Positions 12,040-22,811 of a stretch of 25,185 bases of DNA are shown piece after piece. Position 1 is the first letter of the stretch. Each line of letters opens with the position of its first letter. Under the pieces are notes generated by a model. That model was not told the origin of the DNA, made no database searches, and saw only the letters and a program-made list of their open reading frames with translations. The stretch is from contig RHPI01003728.1 in NCBI GenBank assembly GCA_009103225.1, forward strand, positions 248,602 to 273,786, in the 5' to 3' direction. The stretch is from Chlorokybus atmophyticus. Its lineage: Eukaryota > Plantae > Mesostigma and Chlorokybus algae. The translations under genes were made by a program, and so were the position numbers.

Positions 12040-13460
12040 AGGGGGGAGGGAGTCACTCCCAACACTGGCGAGCAATTGTGCACGGCGGGCCGCCGTTGAC
12101 GCTGTCCTCCTTGCAGAAGGACAAATTGAACATGAGCTCGGTGACATACTACAGTTGAGGAGACCCACCATGTGCACACGGTAGGCGCACATGGTGCGCC
12201 CACGGTGCACGGCGTGGCCTACCGTGGCCTCTATGAGAACCACAAAGGAGTGATACCCGGACACTCGTTGACGTAGGGTAACGTACGAGCAGGCTGTCAC
12301 CACTCCCTACGTGCGGGGAGGATGGGACTGGGCATCTCATTACAGGGCAACTTGCCTTGGGCAAGGGTGGCGTCCTCTTTTCATTGAAAACGAGTTGGGG
12401 CACTTGTTGTCCCCGAAGCCGCTCCCGCAAGAGAAGCACCAACCGCTGCCAGGCGGCAGGAGTAGCAGCTCAATGGCGGCCATTGAGCCGCTGTTTCGCG
12501 ACGGGATGATGATTGACTATCGAGCGAGGGCGGCGTCCTCTGTTAAACAGAGACGAGCAGAGGCACTTATTGTCTCGCAAAGCTGCTCCCGTTAATTGAA
12601 AATGATTGTGGTGAGGATGAAAAACTTTCGCACCACCTTCTCGCATTTAGCCGATCCTCGTTGAAAAGGCTCGCATTAGCCATATGTAAACACATTGCCC
12701 AACACATGATGTGGCCATGGTGTGCACATCACACTATATGGCATGTTTTCCTTCTATTACAAAATCTACAAGCATGCCGTTAACAATAAAGGTAAGTTGC
12801 ATAGCATTATCAAGCTTGGATACAACACTAGTCCTGGCCAGGGCGAAGTAATTATGCCCCGCTTGCCTTCTTAAAAAATGCAATCATGAGTCGATTGCTA
12901 TTCTCACGAGCAGCGGCCAATGATAACAGTGGTCGGTTAACTGAACGTACTGCTGTCACTGGCTTTTGGAGAGTCCAATTGCTGTACAATACGCAAGCAT
13001 GCCCTTTGACAAAAGCCTCAAGTTATCCTACTGGATCAAAGCAGCTATCAGCGACGGCGCTTAACTTGTTGAAGAAATCGGTGCCTCTGATTGCATAGTA
13101 TTTTATATGCCCATAGAAATGTGCATATCAAGTAGATTAGAAAGCTCAAGCACGCTGCATGAGATGCATACACGTATGGGGAAGAGGGGCAAGGTGGTGA
13201 AAATGGTTCGAGCCAGCGTTGCAGCACATGTCGTTATTCATGTGCATATCTCTTGCGCATTGTGTTAGGTCCAGGCTCACCCACACCAATTGCCATTATG
13301 CAACACTGCTGCGCACTTATCTTCACCAGCTGCAGTGCCTCTAAGCGCTTGCAGGTAGGGTTGATCGTGGCCGACCTCGCATAGTTAATGGCACCCAAGG
13401 GGGCCCTTGCGTTGCTCGCTGGTGAACTCGGACGAGCTGCTCAGCTTATCAACCTGTAAC

Positions 13461-13465
13461 TTACA
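13461..13465 (-). terminator. Candidate TGTAA polyadenylation signal of the YLPM1-like gene
   Basis: TTACA on the + strand, ~230 nt downstream of the stop at 13692. Confidence 0.5.
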
Positions 13466-13691
13466 AAAACATGCCATGAAGGACTGCTCATATCCAGCAA
13501 AACAATGAGTGTAGTGCATGAGGTGCTTGAGTTAAACACCAAGACATGCATATAACTATTAAGCGTACATCCACATCATCACACACGTCATGTCATCAAG
13601 GTTGGATGCGGGCAGCCAAGATACTCGAGTGCGCTTGTAGACACAACAAAGGTCCGCAGGGCACACTCAACAGACTGCCACCTTGCCATAC

Positions 13692-16600
13692 TCAGCCATT
13701 GTTATCAAGATCATCATCCTCATCAACAATATTGGACTCTGCAAGTAGACTGCGCAGGTTTTTGAAGTCCTGTTGCTCGCGCTTAGCCTGCAATACAAAG
13801 GCATCATGATGGGCGACACGCGCCGATGCATCCGCTGTGTTGTTGTCATCATCACTGCCGTCGTCATCGCTGCCAGGTGATAGAGGCACCATGCCCTGAC
13901 AGACAATTGCACATGTTAGTAAGCAGAAGAGTTGGCACTGGGCTGTTTAGGCCTTGAGCTGTGACAAGAGACTCACGTCGTTATAGGATGCTCCAGCACC
14001 CCGTTCAAGGCGGTTGTGGGCTTTATTGGAAAGACCTGCAAGATGGCCAATCTGAAAGCCCTTGGCCACCTGCTTTTCTGCCTGTACGCATCATAGCTCA
14101 TGACAAACCTGACACAGACACATTGACACGACAGGGAAACAGGCAAATGCGCAACAACACAACTGCATCAACTTGACTGCACACATCAACTTACCGTTTC
14201 ATCTGCCCAGCGAACCCGTTTTTTTGCAGCACCTCCGTATACCTGACCCAGGCTCTTGAGAGCATTGATGTCCCCGGCCACGGCTGAGGCAGAGGCTGGC
14301 GCAGGGCTGGGCTTCTTACCAGAGCTCAAAGGTGGACGAACATCTGCAAGCTTGCTGCCAACTCCAGCTGACTGCAATGATGCTTCCGTTGTGCGCACAA
14401 CACCTCTTGCTCGTTTGGCTTGCGGTGCTTCTACTGCCTTGTCTGGACAGGCAAATGAACAAAAGCACACATCAAGTCACTATGCAATGGACGATAGAGG
14501 TGTCAGATATCCGCTTGACCCTCACAACAGCGACGCTCGTCTAGTTATCACCTCTTACTGCAAACCCGTCATCAACACGGCACTCATGTTCTTCTTGAGT
14601 ACCAGCCTCGTCAGCTTCCATTTCCACCTGCAGAACAGGCACAACCGGGAGGTTCAGGGAGGGTTGCGCCAAGTCACAAGCAAGCATGTCTTGGTTGCCA
14701 GTGACCAATACCTCGTTAATGGCCTCCCCACCAAGCTCATCACCTTTGAAGAGCGACTGCAAAAGCCATGCCACAAGCTTCAGCACGCATCTTCACATGT
14801 GTTAACACAACTCAGCAGGTAGCTTCACGACAGCTCAACCACCTACCGACACATCCAGCTGAAGAAAGTGGAAAGGACAAGGTTCCCAGCTCTTTGCCAT
14901 CTCAGAAACCTGCTCCTTGCTCCAGCCATGTATGTTGCGTTTGGCACAGACCTGCAAAGCAACCAACATGAGGGCCTTTCGGTATCGTGCAAGAGGCAGC
15001 AAAACGAGCCAGACATCAAGGGGCGCTCTACAGACCTGCGCCATGACATGCATCAAGTTACCTCTGGGTCCATGACCAAAGGCTGAAGGACATATACCTC
15101 ATACCCTGATCTCTGTTCTCGTTGGAGAAAAGACAACGCCATGGGTACATGGCAGGAAGCGTGTTACCACTAATGGATGACAGACTTCACATGCAATGCA
15201 ATTCAGCAAAACACACGCATCATAACATGCTGCAAGCGAGAAAACAGTATCATAGTGACATGGGCATGCGTATTGTGGCACTTCAACTTGATGTCATGGC
15301 ACTCCACAATGCAGGCAAGGCAGTATATCTCACTTGCACAATGCTCGGCAGCAATGTGCGTAACAGCAGGCGGATGAGTACAGTACGCAATTACCTTGGC
15401 AAGAGTCCAGTACTGAGCAACATCAGCGACAAGCAAATTGCAGCTATCCACTACGCCGACCAACATCAGGCAACCAATCAGTAAGTGGTCCCAAAAGCGC
15501 AGGCAGCCGAGAAGTCCTGTTGACTCTACTCCCCAGCCATGGGCGTCGACATCGCACGGGCAGCAAAACAGCCAGCAACAGAAGGATGCAACACAGACAC
15601 AGAAATGCACAAGCAACATACCGATGACAAGCGGAAATTGCGACTCTTCGACCGTCTTCTTGAAGGCCTTCACCATGCTAGCTTTGTACGCATCTGCCAT
15701 GTCCTCCTCGTAGACATACTCGGTGACCCGTTGCTTCACACGCTTCTTGCCTTCCACGACCTCTTTGTCCACCTCTGTCATAAAATAGTCATCCAGCGCG
15801 TGTATGCGAGGAGCTGCACCTCCGTTAAACACCTCCACATCACGCAAAGCCTTTGCCAGATGCGATTTGCCGCTGCCTGGGAGGCCTCGTAGGATGACTG
15901 CAATCCTGATCAACGCAACAATGATAGCATGAGATGTAGTACTATGTGTCGAGCCATGGCAAAGTGCACATCAATCATGCCCACCTGTCCGGCCGGTGAC
16001 TTCTCCCAGGTTTGCGACAGATAGTGGCAGCATTCACAACAACTGGCTCTCTAGCTGCAGCAATGCTTTGCGAGTAAGCAGTGCTTGTAGGTTGCACGAA
16101 GGAAGGTGGTGAATACTGTGGCTGCGACACTGGCTGGGCAGGCAGCTGAACTCGCAGATCGCTTCTGGTGGCATGCATGTTTCCATCCACGAATGGTGCA
16201 TGCGGTTGCCCGACACTGTTGTTCAACATTGCCGCTAGACCTAAAGAGGGACCTTGCTGCCAACCAGGTGCAACTTGACTCTGTGCATGTGCTGCGGGCT
16301 GTGGCAATAAAGGAGCTGAGCTGTTATTGTAAGCGGGGGCTTGAGGTCCAACCTGCTGACTGTGTACGCCGGGCATGCTCTCCGGCACTCCATGCAGGGG
16401 AGCAGTGTGCGTATATGTAGCAGGAGGCTGATGATGCGCTGATGGTGGCAAAGAAGCTGCGTTGTGGTGGTGATATGTGTATGGTTGATGCCATGAACTG
16501 GGCTGCTGCTGCTGGGGAGTTGGCCCCTGGTGCTGCACCCAACCAGTGCTTTGTGTGGGCGCTTGCTGCCAGCTGTCAGTGCCTGCCCAGGCAGGTTGCT

Positions 16601-17289
16601 GCTGTGCATAGACATAGTGTCCACTGGCAGCGTACGAGGTGCTTGCACCTGAATACTGCGAAGGCGCATGCGCTGGTAGCTGCAACTGAGGTGCGTACTG
16701 AGCTTCGGACCAATAGTCTGTGGGAGGAGGTGGAGGTGGCTGCCCTTCTGACCATGATGCTGATGGTGCGGGGGGTAATGGAGGCTGCATCAGGGAACCA
16801 ACACAACAATTAGGAAACGAGACAATCATTGTTGCAGCTGCATATTAAGATGATGTATGTTACAAGCGATGCAGATTGGGATTGGAGAAATTGAGACCGA
16901 TACCGAAACTACACCGAAACTGAAACCACACAACATTCTTACCACACAACATCGCTCACAAGTGCAGGGGAATATACGCAAATGAGCTGCATGGCGAAGA
17001 AAAGCCTAAATGGAGCAGCACGTAATCGCGCTGTGCTCTGGTGCTGATCAACAACCCGAAACGTACAATGCGACCGGACATGGCAAGCAGGAGAGACGTA
17101 TGCCATAGCAACAGCAAGGCTGTAGTACACGGGAAGGAGCATGCACGCCACGCAACTGACCAGAGGCGGGGGATGAGGCGACGTAGGTAGAGGCGGATGA
17201 TGAGAAGGCTGAGAAGAGTAGCTCCCACCCTCCCAACCAGCATACGCCTGCGGCGGAGGATGGGAGGGCGGCATCGGCGGCATAGACAT
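13692..17289 (-). CDS. YLPM1: YLP motif-containing protein 1 (ZAP3)-like: Pro/Gln-rich N-terminus, P-loop nucleoside-kinase-like domain, PP1-docking motif; ~696 aa, 11 exons
   Basis: Exons 17289-17161, 16784-15985, 15905-15622, 15450-15395, 15112-15062, 14951-14847, 14756-14712, 14627-14552, 14442-14195, 14069-13977, 13895-13692; all GT-AG and in phase (2091 nt). Motifs: IAVILRGLPGSGKSHLAK (Walker A), RIHALDDYFMTEV, YVYEEDMADAYKASMVKAFKKTVEE, GYEVY, CAKRNIHG, KKRVRWAD, GFQIG. Confidence 0.9.
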
Positions 17290-17947
17290 GACCAATGTCC
17301 CCAGCCCTTTACATGGATCCACCACCCGCTCTCACAACATATCGCACATTAATCTAGCCATAGGCACCCCTCAACCCAAGCTTCGTCCGTGTCCGTCGCC
17401 GCCTCGTCGTCCACCGTCGCCACTACGACCACCCCCCACCGCCGCTGGCTTGACGTTTTGCTCTGCATGTTTAGGGTTTGCTACTACTACTTCTTTCGAG
17501 TCAAGACAGACCAAGATCAATCGAACCTGTCTTTGCTTAGAGGCTCCCAACCCCGATCGAGGCCAAACTGCGGAAGTCACGTGCGACCGCAGATGAGTCG
17601 CGCGCTGCAATTATAGCAGAAAACAGAACAGCCGGGCATCCCCAAACCGACAGCGACACACCAACAACGCCACCCAATTAAGCCCGGCTAGGCCGCGCCA
17701 GACCAGGCCGCACCAGATCAGACTAGGCCAGGGGCGGCGAAGTAGGAGCACACCAGGCCACACCCTGCTACGTAGGGTGTTCGTTCGCTGCTCGGATCCC
17801 ACCACTAGGCCAGTCTTAGACCCTTGTTGACGCCTCAGCAGAGATACAGATAGAACGAGCAACCGTCCACTCTCCTTCTCTGTGTACATACGTGTCTTCT
17901 GGTCCTCCTTGTCCTCCTCCTTGTCGCCTTGGGTGTCTCCTCCCGCC
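17290..17947. promoter_or_regulatory. Shared divergent promoter/5'-UTR region between the YLPM1-like and SYP7-like genes
   Basis: 658 bp between head-to-head ATGs. Contains one telo-box-like AAACCCTA (minus strand, 17472-17479) and five C[C/T]AGGCC copies (17688-17811). Promoter function is inferred. Confidence 0.55.
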
Positions 17948-19770
17948 ATGTCTCTCGCGGAGATCGTCCTCCGTTCTTCTGTGGTGGTGAAGAAGTACGA
18001 GAAGTACGCGGCGCAGCGCGAGCGCGCGCGGCTGGGGCCCGACGCCGACGCGTTCGACGTGCTGTGGGACGCCATCGATGCGGAACTGGACATGCTCGAG
18101 GAGGTGAGGATGGCGACGTGGATGTGGATGTTGTTGGAGTCAGTGGAGGAGTGGGGGTGTCTCGGTCGGTGGGGTGGGGTTTGGCTGATGTACGCAACAC
18201 CACTTTGGATGGTTGGATGTTGTTGTGCGTCTGATTGACAGTGAATTGAGACAATTGAGAGATACAAGTCAAGAGTTGCGTGTAGGCGCACGAGGACATG
18301 AGCCAGCGCACACGCACGCACGCACGCGCACACAAAGACGCACACAGAGACGCACATACACGTGCGCACGCACACGCAGATGCTCAAGTTCAGCACTTCA
18401 GTTTAATTCCAAATTCACGGCCTGACTGCAAGATGTTGTCACAACGCAATGCAGCTGACCCGGGAGTGCGCACATACCACTTCAATTCACCTAACTTCAC
18501 ACATACTACATCTTAACAACAACAACAACAACAACGATGCTGTGCAGAAAGTGAACACTGCGTCGTCAGAGCACAACCGCGCGATGATCGCGACGCTGAA
18601 CGCGGAGATCCGGCGCGGGCGCGCCGCCGTGCGCGACGAGATGCCCAAACTCGAGAAGCTCGTCAAGAAGAAGGCCAAAACACCCGAAGTCATGGAGAGA
18701 CGCACAGCAAAGGCAAGGAGTCATAGTAGCATGTGACATGTCTATGCGCGCATGCGTGTTGGGTAGAATGGTTAACAGTATCGTGTGTCTAAAATCAGGT
18801 TAAGGAGTTGACAGCGAGGTTGGAGGCGATCCCCGACGGCGTGACGGTGGTTGTGCCCGAGAAGAAGAAGAAAAAGAAGAAGGGTGAAGCGGTGGAGCTG
18901 GGAGAGATCAAGATAGACAACAGCGACTATGGTACGCTATATGTGACCTTTTCACTCTTTGCGCTGCAGTGACCTAATAACACAATAGCAATCTAGTAGT
19001 TCAGCGATTCAGTGATCAGTGATCTAGTTATATAGTGGTTGAGTGGGTGCATGAGTGAATCGAAGTGCGTGTGCAGAGGACAAGTTGGCGTCAAATCCTG
19101 AGTACTACACTTCAACGGACGAGACGGATGCGTACAGGGCGCAGTTTCAGAAGCGCAAGGCCAAGCAGGATGAGTCGCTTGACGTCATCAGCGCAGGCCT
19201 CTCAACCCTCAAGAACATGGGCGAGGACATGAACGAGGTTTGTGCTCAACATTATATGTTGTTGGTGTGGTGGTGGTGTTGGTGGGTGGTGGTGACGTGT
19301 GTGCTGAGTGTGGGTCTCATCACTGTGTGTGCAGGAATTGGACAAACAAGAGATACTTATAGAGAACATGGAGAAGAAGATAGATACGGCGTCTACGGAG
19401 ATAAAGAGCCAGAACAACAAGATCAAAGGCCTCATCACCAACGTATGAAACTCAATCAAGCCATTGTGGCCAGCGCGTCACATGTGTGCACGCACACGCG
19501 TGCATTCCTGCCAGTGTGCAAGTATATGTCCTGAAGCTTATCAACTGTCTTCCAGGTGCGGAGTACGCGGAACTTCTGCATTGATGTCACGTTGATCATC
19601 CTTCTGCTGGCAATCGGCTTTTATATCTACAAGTAAGAAAGGGATCCGCCAGCTGAGCAACATGATGGTTGATCAATGAACATTGACTATGATGCACATC
19701 ACTATGACTGCCTCACTGACATGCTGTGTGTGCCCGACTGTGCAGCATAATCAAGTCGCGCAAAAATTGA
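17948..19770 (+). CDS. SYP71: Syntaxin of the plant SYP7 (SYP71/72/73) family, Qc-SNARE, ~274 aa, 7 exons
   Basis: Exons 17948-18103, 18548-18712, 18799-18931, 19077-19237, 19335-19442, 19556-19632, 19746-19770 (825 nt). Motifs: KKYEKY, DAFDVL, NRAMIATLNAEIRR, EAIPDG, SNARE helix KQDESLDVISAGLSTLKNMGEDMNEELDKQEILIENMEKKID, C-terminal RSTRNFCIDVTLIILLLAIGFYIYN transmembrane anchor. Intron 2 has a GC donor. Confidence 0.93.
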
Positions 19771-19851
19771 GGCAAGAGGAAGGGCCAGAGGTGGTTGATG
19801 TGAGTTTCACGCCGGTGGCAGGGCTAGGTTCTTTTACGAGTGTGCAGAGGC

Positions 19852-19856
19852 TGTAA
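19852..19856 (+). terminator. Candidate TGTAA polyadenylation signal of SYP7
   Basis: TGTAA ~80 nt after the TGA. Confidence 0.6.
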
Positions 19857-20159
19857 ATGACACATGTCTGTGATTCCAGAAAGAAACGTTTGCATTTTGC
19901 AGATTTCTGTGCTTGTTTTCACGCATGCCAGTCAGAGTCATTGTCACACATTTGCGAACAACAGGCACATACTTGCGAACAACAGTGCCATAGCCTTACA
20001 AAGTTCTGGAGTAGTAGTAGACAACAAGGCTGCTTAGGCAATGCAGCCATGAATAATGTTACACGCTAACTAGAGAACATACAACATATACACAACTACA
20101 CGGCTGAAAGAACAGGACAAACAGCCTATTAAGTAATGCTGTTACTGGCAATGAAAGGA

Positions 20160-20164
20160 TTACA
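20160..20164 (-). terminator. Candidate TGTAA polyadenylation signal of ATG14
   Basis: TTACA on the + strand, ~70 nt downstream of the TAA at 20232. Confidence 0.6.
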
Positions 20165-20231
20165 AACGGCGAAGGAGTGAAAAAGGACGGATGTATCAAA
20201 CAAGGATGAAAGGGAGTTGGTAGTGATTGGT

Positions 20232-22811
20232 TTACCGAGCGTCAGTGAACATTGCACGAGTCCAGTGATCGACATCTTCCAGTTGTGACGGCGGGGGAGG
20301 CAGTGTTGGCCTTTCAACCAGATCCCAGCCTTCAATATCGGTGCTATCCGGGTCATCCTCATCCCTGCTCAGACACAACATTCGCATCAGACACTTACCT
20401 ACATAAGGGACGGGTTGCTCCTAGATCATGCCCCTCTCACCTTGCAAATCCATCGACGCAGCTGAAGCCCATTGCAGACGCGGACGCCACCGATCCATTT
20501 GAGGGTCCAAACATGGTCGCTTGCCTGCATGCACAAAGTTGTTGATACCCCTAATCACGTACGTGTAACGAACACATGCGGCAAGCCAGTATGGTCATAC
20601 CGTCGGGTGAAATGGGGTATGTGATGGCAATGCAATGCACACCTGATGATGCCTGCAGTGGATGCGCCAAGCTGGCTGTGGGGATCCCTGGTGAGAAAGT
20701 GCAGCAGCTGCGCCAGCGATACGCATGGAGACCACTGCACAAAGCAAACTGTCTGTGTGTGCATATCAGCAACACGTGCATATCAGTAACACCTGCACAT
20801 GCATACACACATGTATGCGTATGTGTACGCGTGAGCACACGCACCTACAAATGCATGTGCATGTGCTTACACATTCACACGCACGTGCACACAAGCGCTT
20901 AATCAGCATTACAAGAAGCCACCTGTGGTGGTGCAACCATTCCAAGTGCGCTCCACTCCGCAGCACAGACATTTGCCACCGAGCGAAGCAGCAGTCGCAC
21001 GCCCTGGCGCACACCCTCCCACGCCGGGTCCCGCCCACTCGCGCTCATCACGGGCTGCACCACTGGAGTTGATATACTCACCGGCGCAGACTCAACCCGA
21101 TAGAGGGGAAACTCCACGCTGTGATTGCGTCATAATCTCATCTCAGCAACAAACCACACAACCAACACCATTTCAGCTTGTTTCTTCTTGTCCTCACCCT
21201 CTAGCAGCAGGCCTCTGGTCCCAGAAGGCTGCGGGCATCCAAATGGTGCATGCGGACGAGGCGGGCCCTCGCGCGCGGTGCAGCAGAGGCAGCCCGAGGT
21301 AGCGCGCGGCCATGTCGAGGAAGTGCACGAGGTTGCCCAGTCCCGCCGACAGCTCCTCCGCGTGAAGAGACGCCAGCTGGCCGTCGCTCTCGGCCACAAG
21401 CGCGCCGCATATCCTCACGAATTGCTGGCCCGCACCGCCCTAGCAAACAACAACAAGATGTCAGTTGAAGTCTTTCCCTCACAAGCAGATGCTTGTAATA
21501 ACACTGACAACAATATGCTGCTTACCACTCGCAAAGGCATGATTGACCTCAGTTGCTGCAAGGCCGACCTGCGCTTCGCGCTGAGGGACTGAAGCAACTG
21601 CGCCTGGATGCATGCACAGTTCAGAACAAGTGCACATTAGCGAAGTGTTTGCAGACAGCTAAGCATGCAAGGCTATCAACAAGGCGCTGCTGCACTCACT
21701 TCTTGAGCACGATTTTGGTTCAACTGCCTGGGAAGGGTTTGCACCAGCCATCTGTCGCGCTGAATGCGCAACTGCGCAGCACGTACACCTTGCATTAATA
21801 ACAAGTTATGGCTTTGCACAACCACAAATGACAATGCACATGCTATTTGTAACCTGACGTAAGTTATGTTTATCTACCTGATCAGCAGCGCGCCTCAGTT
21901 CCTGTGACCTTGCCTCAAGTATGCAGCGTTGAGTGCCGAGCTGCTGCCTTGCTGCCGAAGAACACAGTGAAAGGCAAGGGTTGCATTGCACAGTGCGAGT
22001 GAGAGTCAGCAACCCTGAACAAGCTCAGGCGAGCAATGGTGAGACTGTCCGTGCTTACATTTGTGTATGCTGCTGATAGTTGCCGTCAGCTGGCTCTGGA
22101 CGCGGCGCATGCGCTCATCATGTTCCGCACGAAGCCTTTGCCTCTCATCAGCCCTTCTCTGTTGCCAACCCAATGTGACCTCAGTGAGTTCGCATGCAAA
22201 GTCAATGCAGAGCGCTTGCCGCTCATTTGCATGCCAAGCACAGCCGACGGAGCTTTGCGGACATGCGACCACAGTATAGATACGCTTGTAGGCTCACCTT
22301 GAGCTCTAATTTTTCCTCAAGGGCAGCGCGAAGCACACTGCAGCGCTTGACTAGCTTTTTCAACGGCGCCTTACGCTCTGCCAAGCTGCCGCGCACACAC
22401 GTGTGAGAGAAAGTAAGTTGCTGTCCTTACAGAAGCAAGCGTTCCCCAACACACGGCTGCTGCCTGCTGTAACTCAGTTTACACCTGCGCAATTGCGGCT
22501 AAGCACAGACCTGCGCAGCGCTATGCCACGGCTTGCAAAGCAACAACACACTCACTCTACCTACGCAATGCAAGACTCCATCGGGTCGAACACTGGTTCG
22601 GTACATGCGCGTCCCCCCGAACCCTTCAACAACTCAAAACTTGCGGCAGGCAGTGCAAGCAGCAGAGACAACGACGGAGAGATGGCAGCCCGGACCTGTT
22701 GTTGACGCAAACGGTGCAAGCGGACGGCACGCACGCTGCGTCGCAGGCGCCGCAGCAGCCCGCCCCCACCCTGGCCCCTGCCCCCACGGCTGCCGCCGCC
22801 GCGGCCGCCAT
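20232..22811 (-). CDS. ATG14: Plant-type autophagy protein ATG14 (ATG14/UVRAG family, PI3K complex I subunit), ~420 aa, 11 exons
   Basis: Exons 22811-22696, 22385-22298, 22158-22059, 21951-21878, 21759-21700, 21603-21526, 21439-21198, 21118-20923, 20734-20643, 20524-20441, 20364-20232; all GT-AG and in phase (1263 nt). N-terminal CGAC...CTVCVN Cys motif, then a coiled coil, then RICGA...EELSAGLGNLVHFLD...LPLLH...CTIW...FWDQRP...EFPLY, VRLLLRSVA, and the C-terminal GWDLVERPTLPPPPSQLEDVDHWTRAMFTDA that I recall as characteristic of plant ATG14. Confidence 0.9.

Noticed and set aside
12166-12226. HDV-like ribozyme interpretation of the pseudoknot
   Set aside because: There is no room for P3/L3 and P1.1 between the second helix strand and the P1 3' strand on either strand.
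13180-13215. GGTTCGAGCC B-box/T-loop-like motif with an upstream A-box-like GGCAAGGTGG
   Set aside because: The boxes are only ~7 nt apart and no cloverleaf forms; not a tRNA.
13380-13460. Extra terminal exon for YLPM1 (acceptor at about 13453, VDKLSSSSEF...)
   Set aside because: The preceding exon already ends in TGA after an acidic tail, and the TGTAA overlapping this acceptor is better explained as the poly(A) signal.
17472-17479. Telo-box AAACCCTA as an interstitial telomere or proven regulatory site
   Set aside because: Single copy; one 8-mer hit on either strand of 25 kb is close to random expectation. Noted only as part of the promoter region.
21055-21081. In-frame GTGAGT...CAG segment in ATG14 exon 8
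   Set aside because: It would be a 27-nt intron, far below the 68-90 nt of the short introns here, and the frame is open without it.
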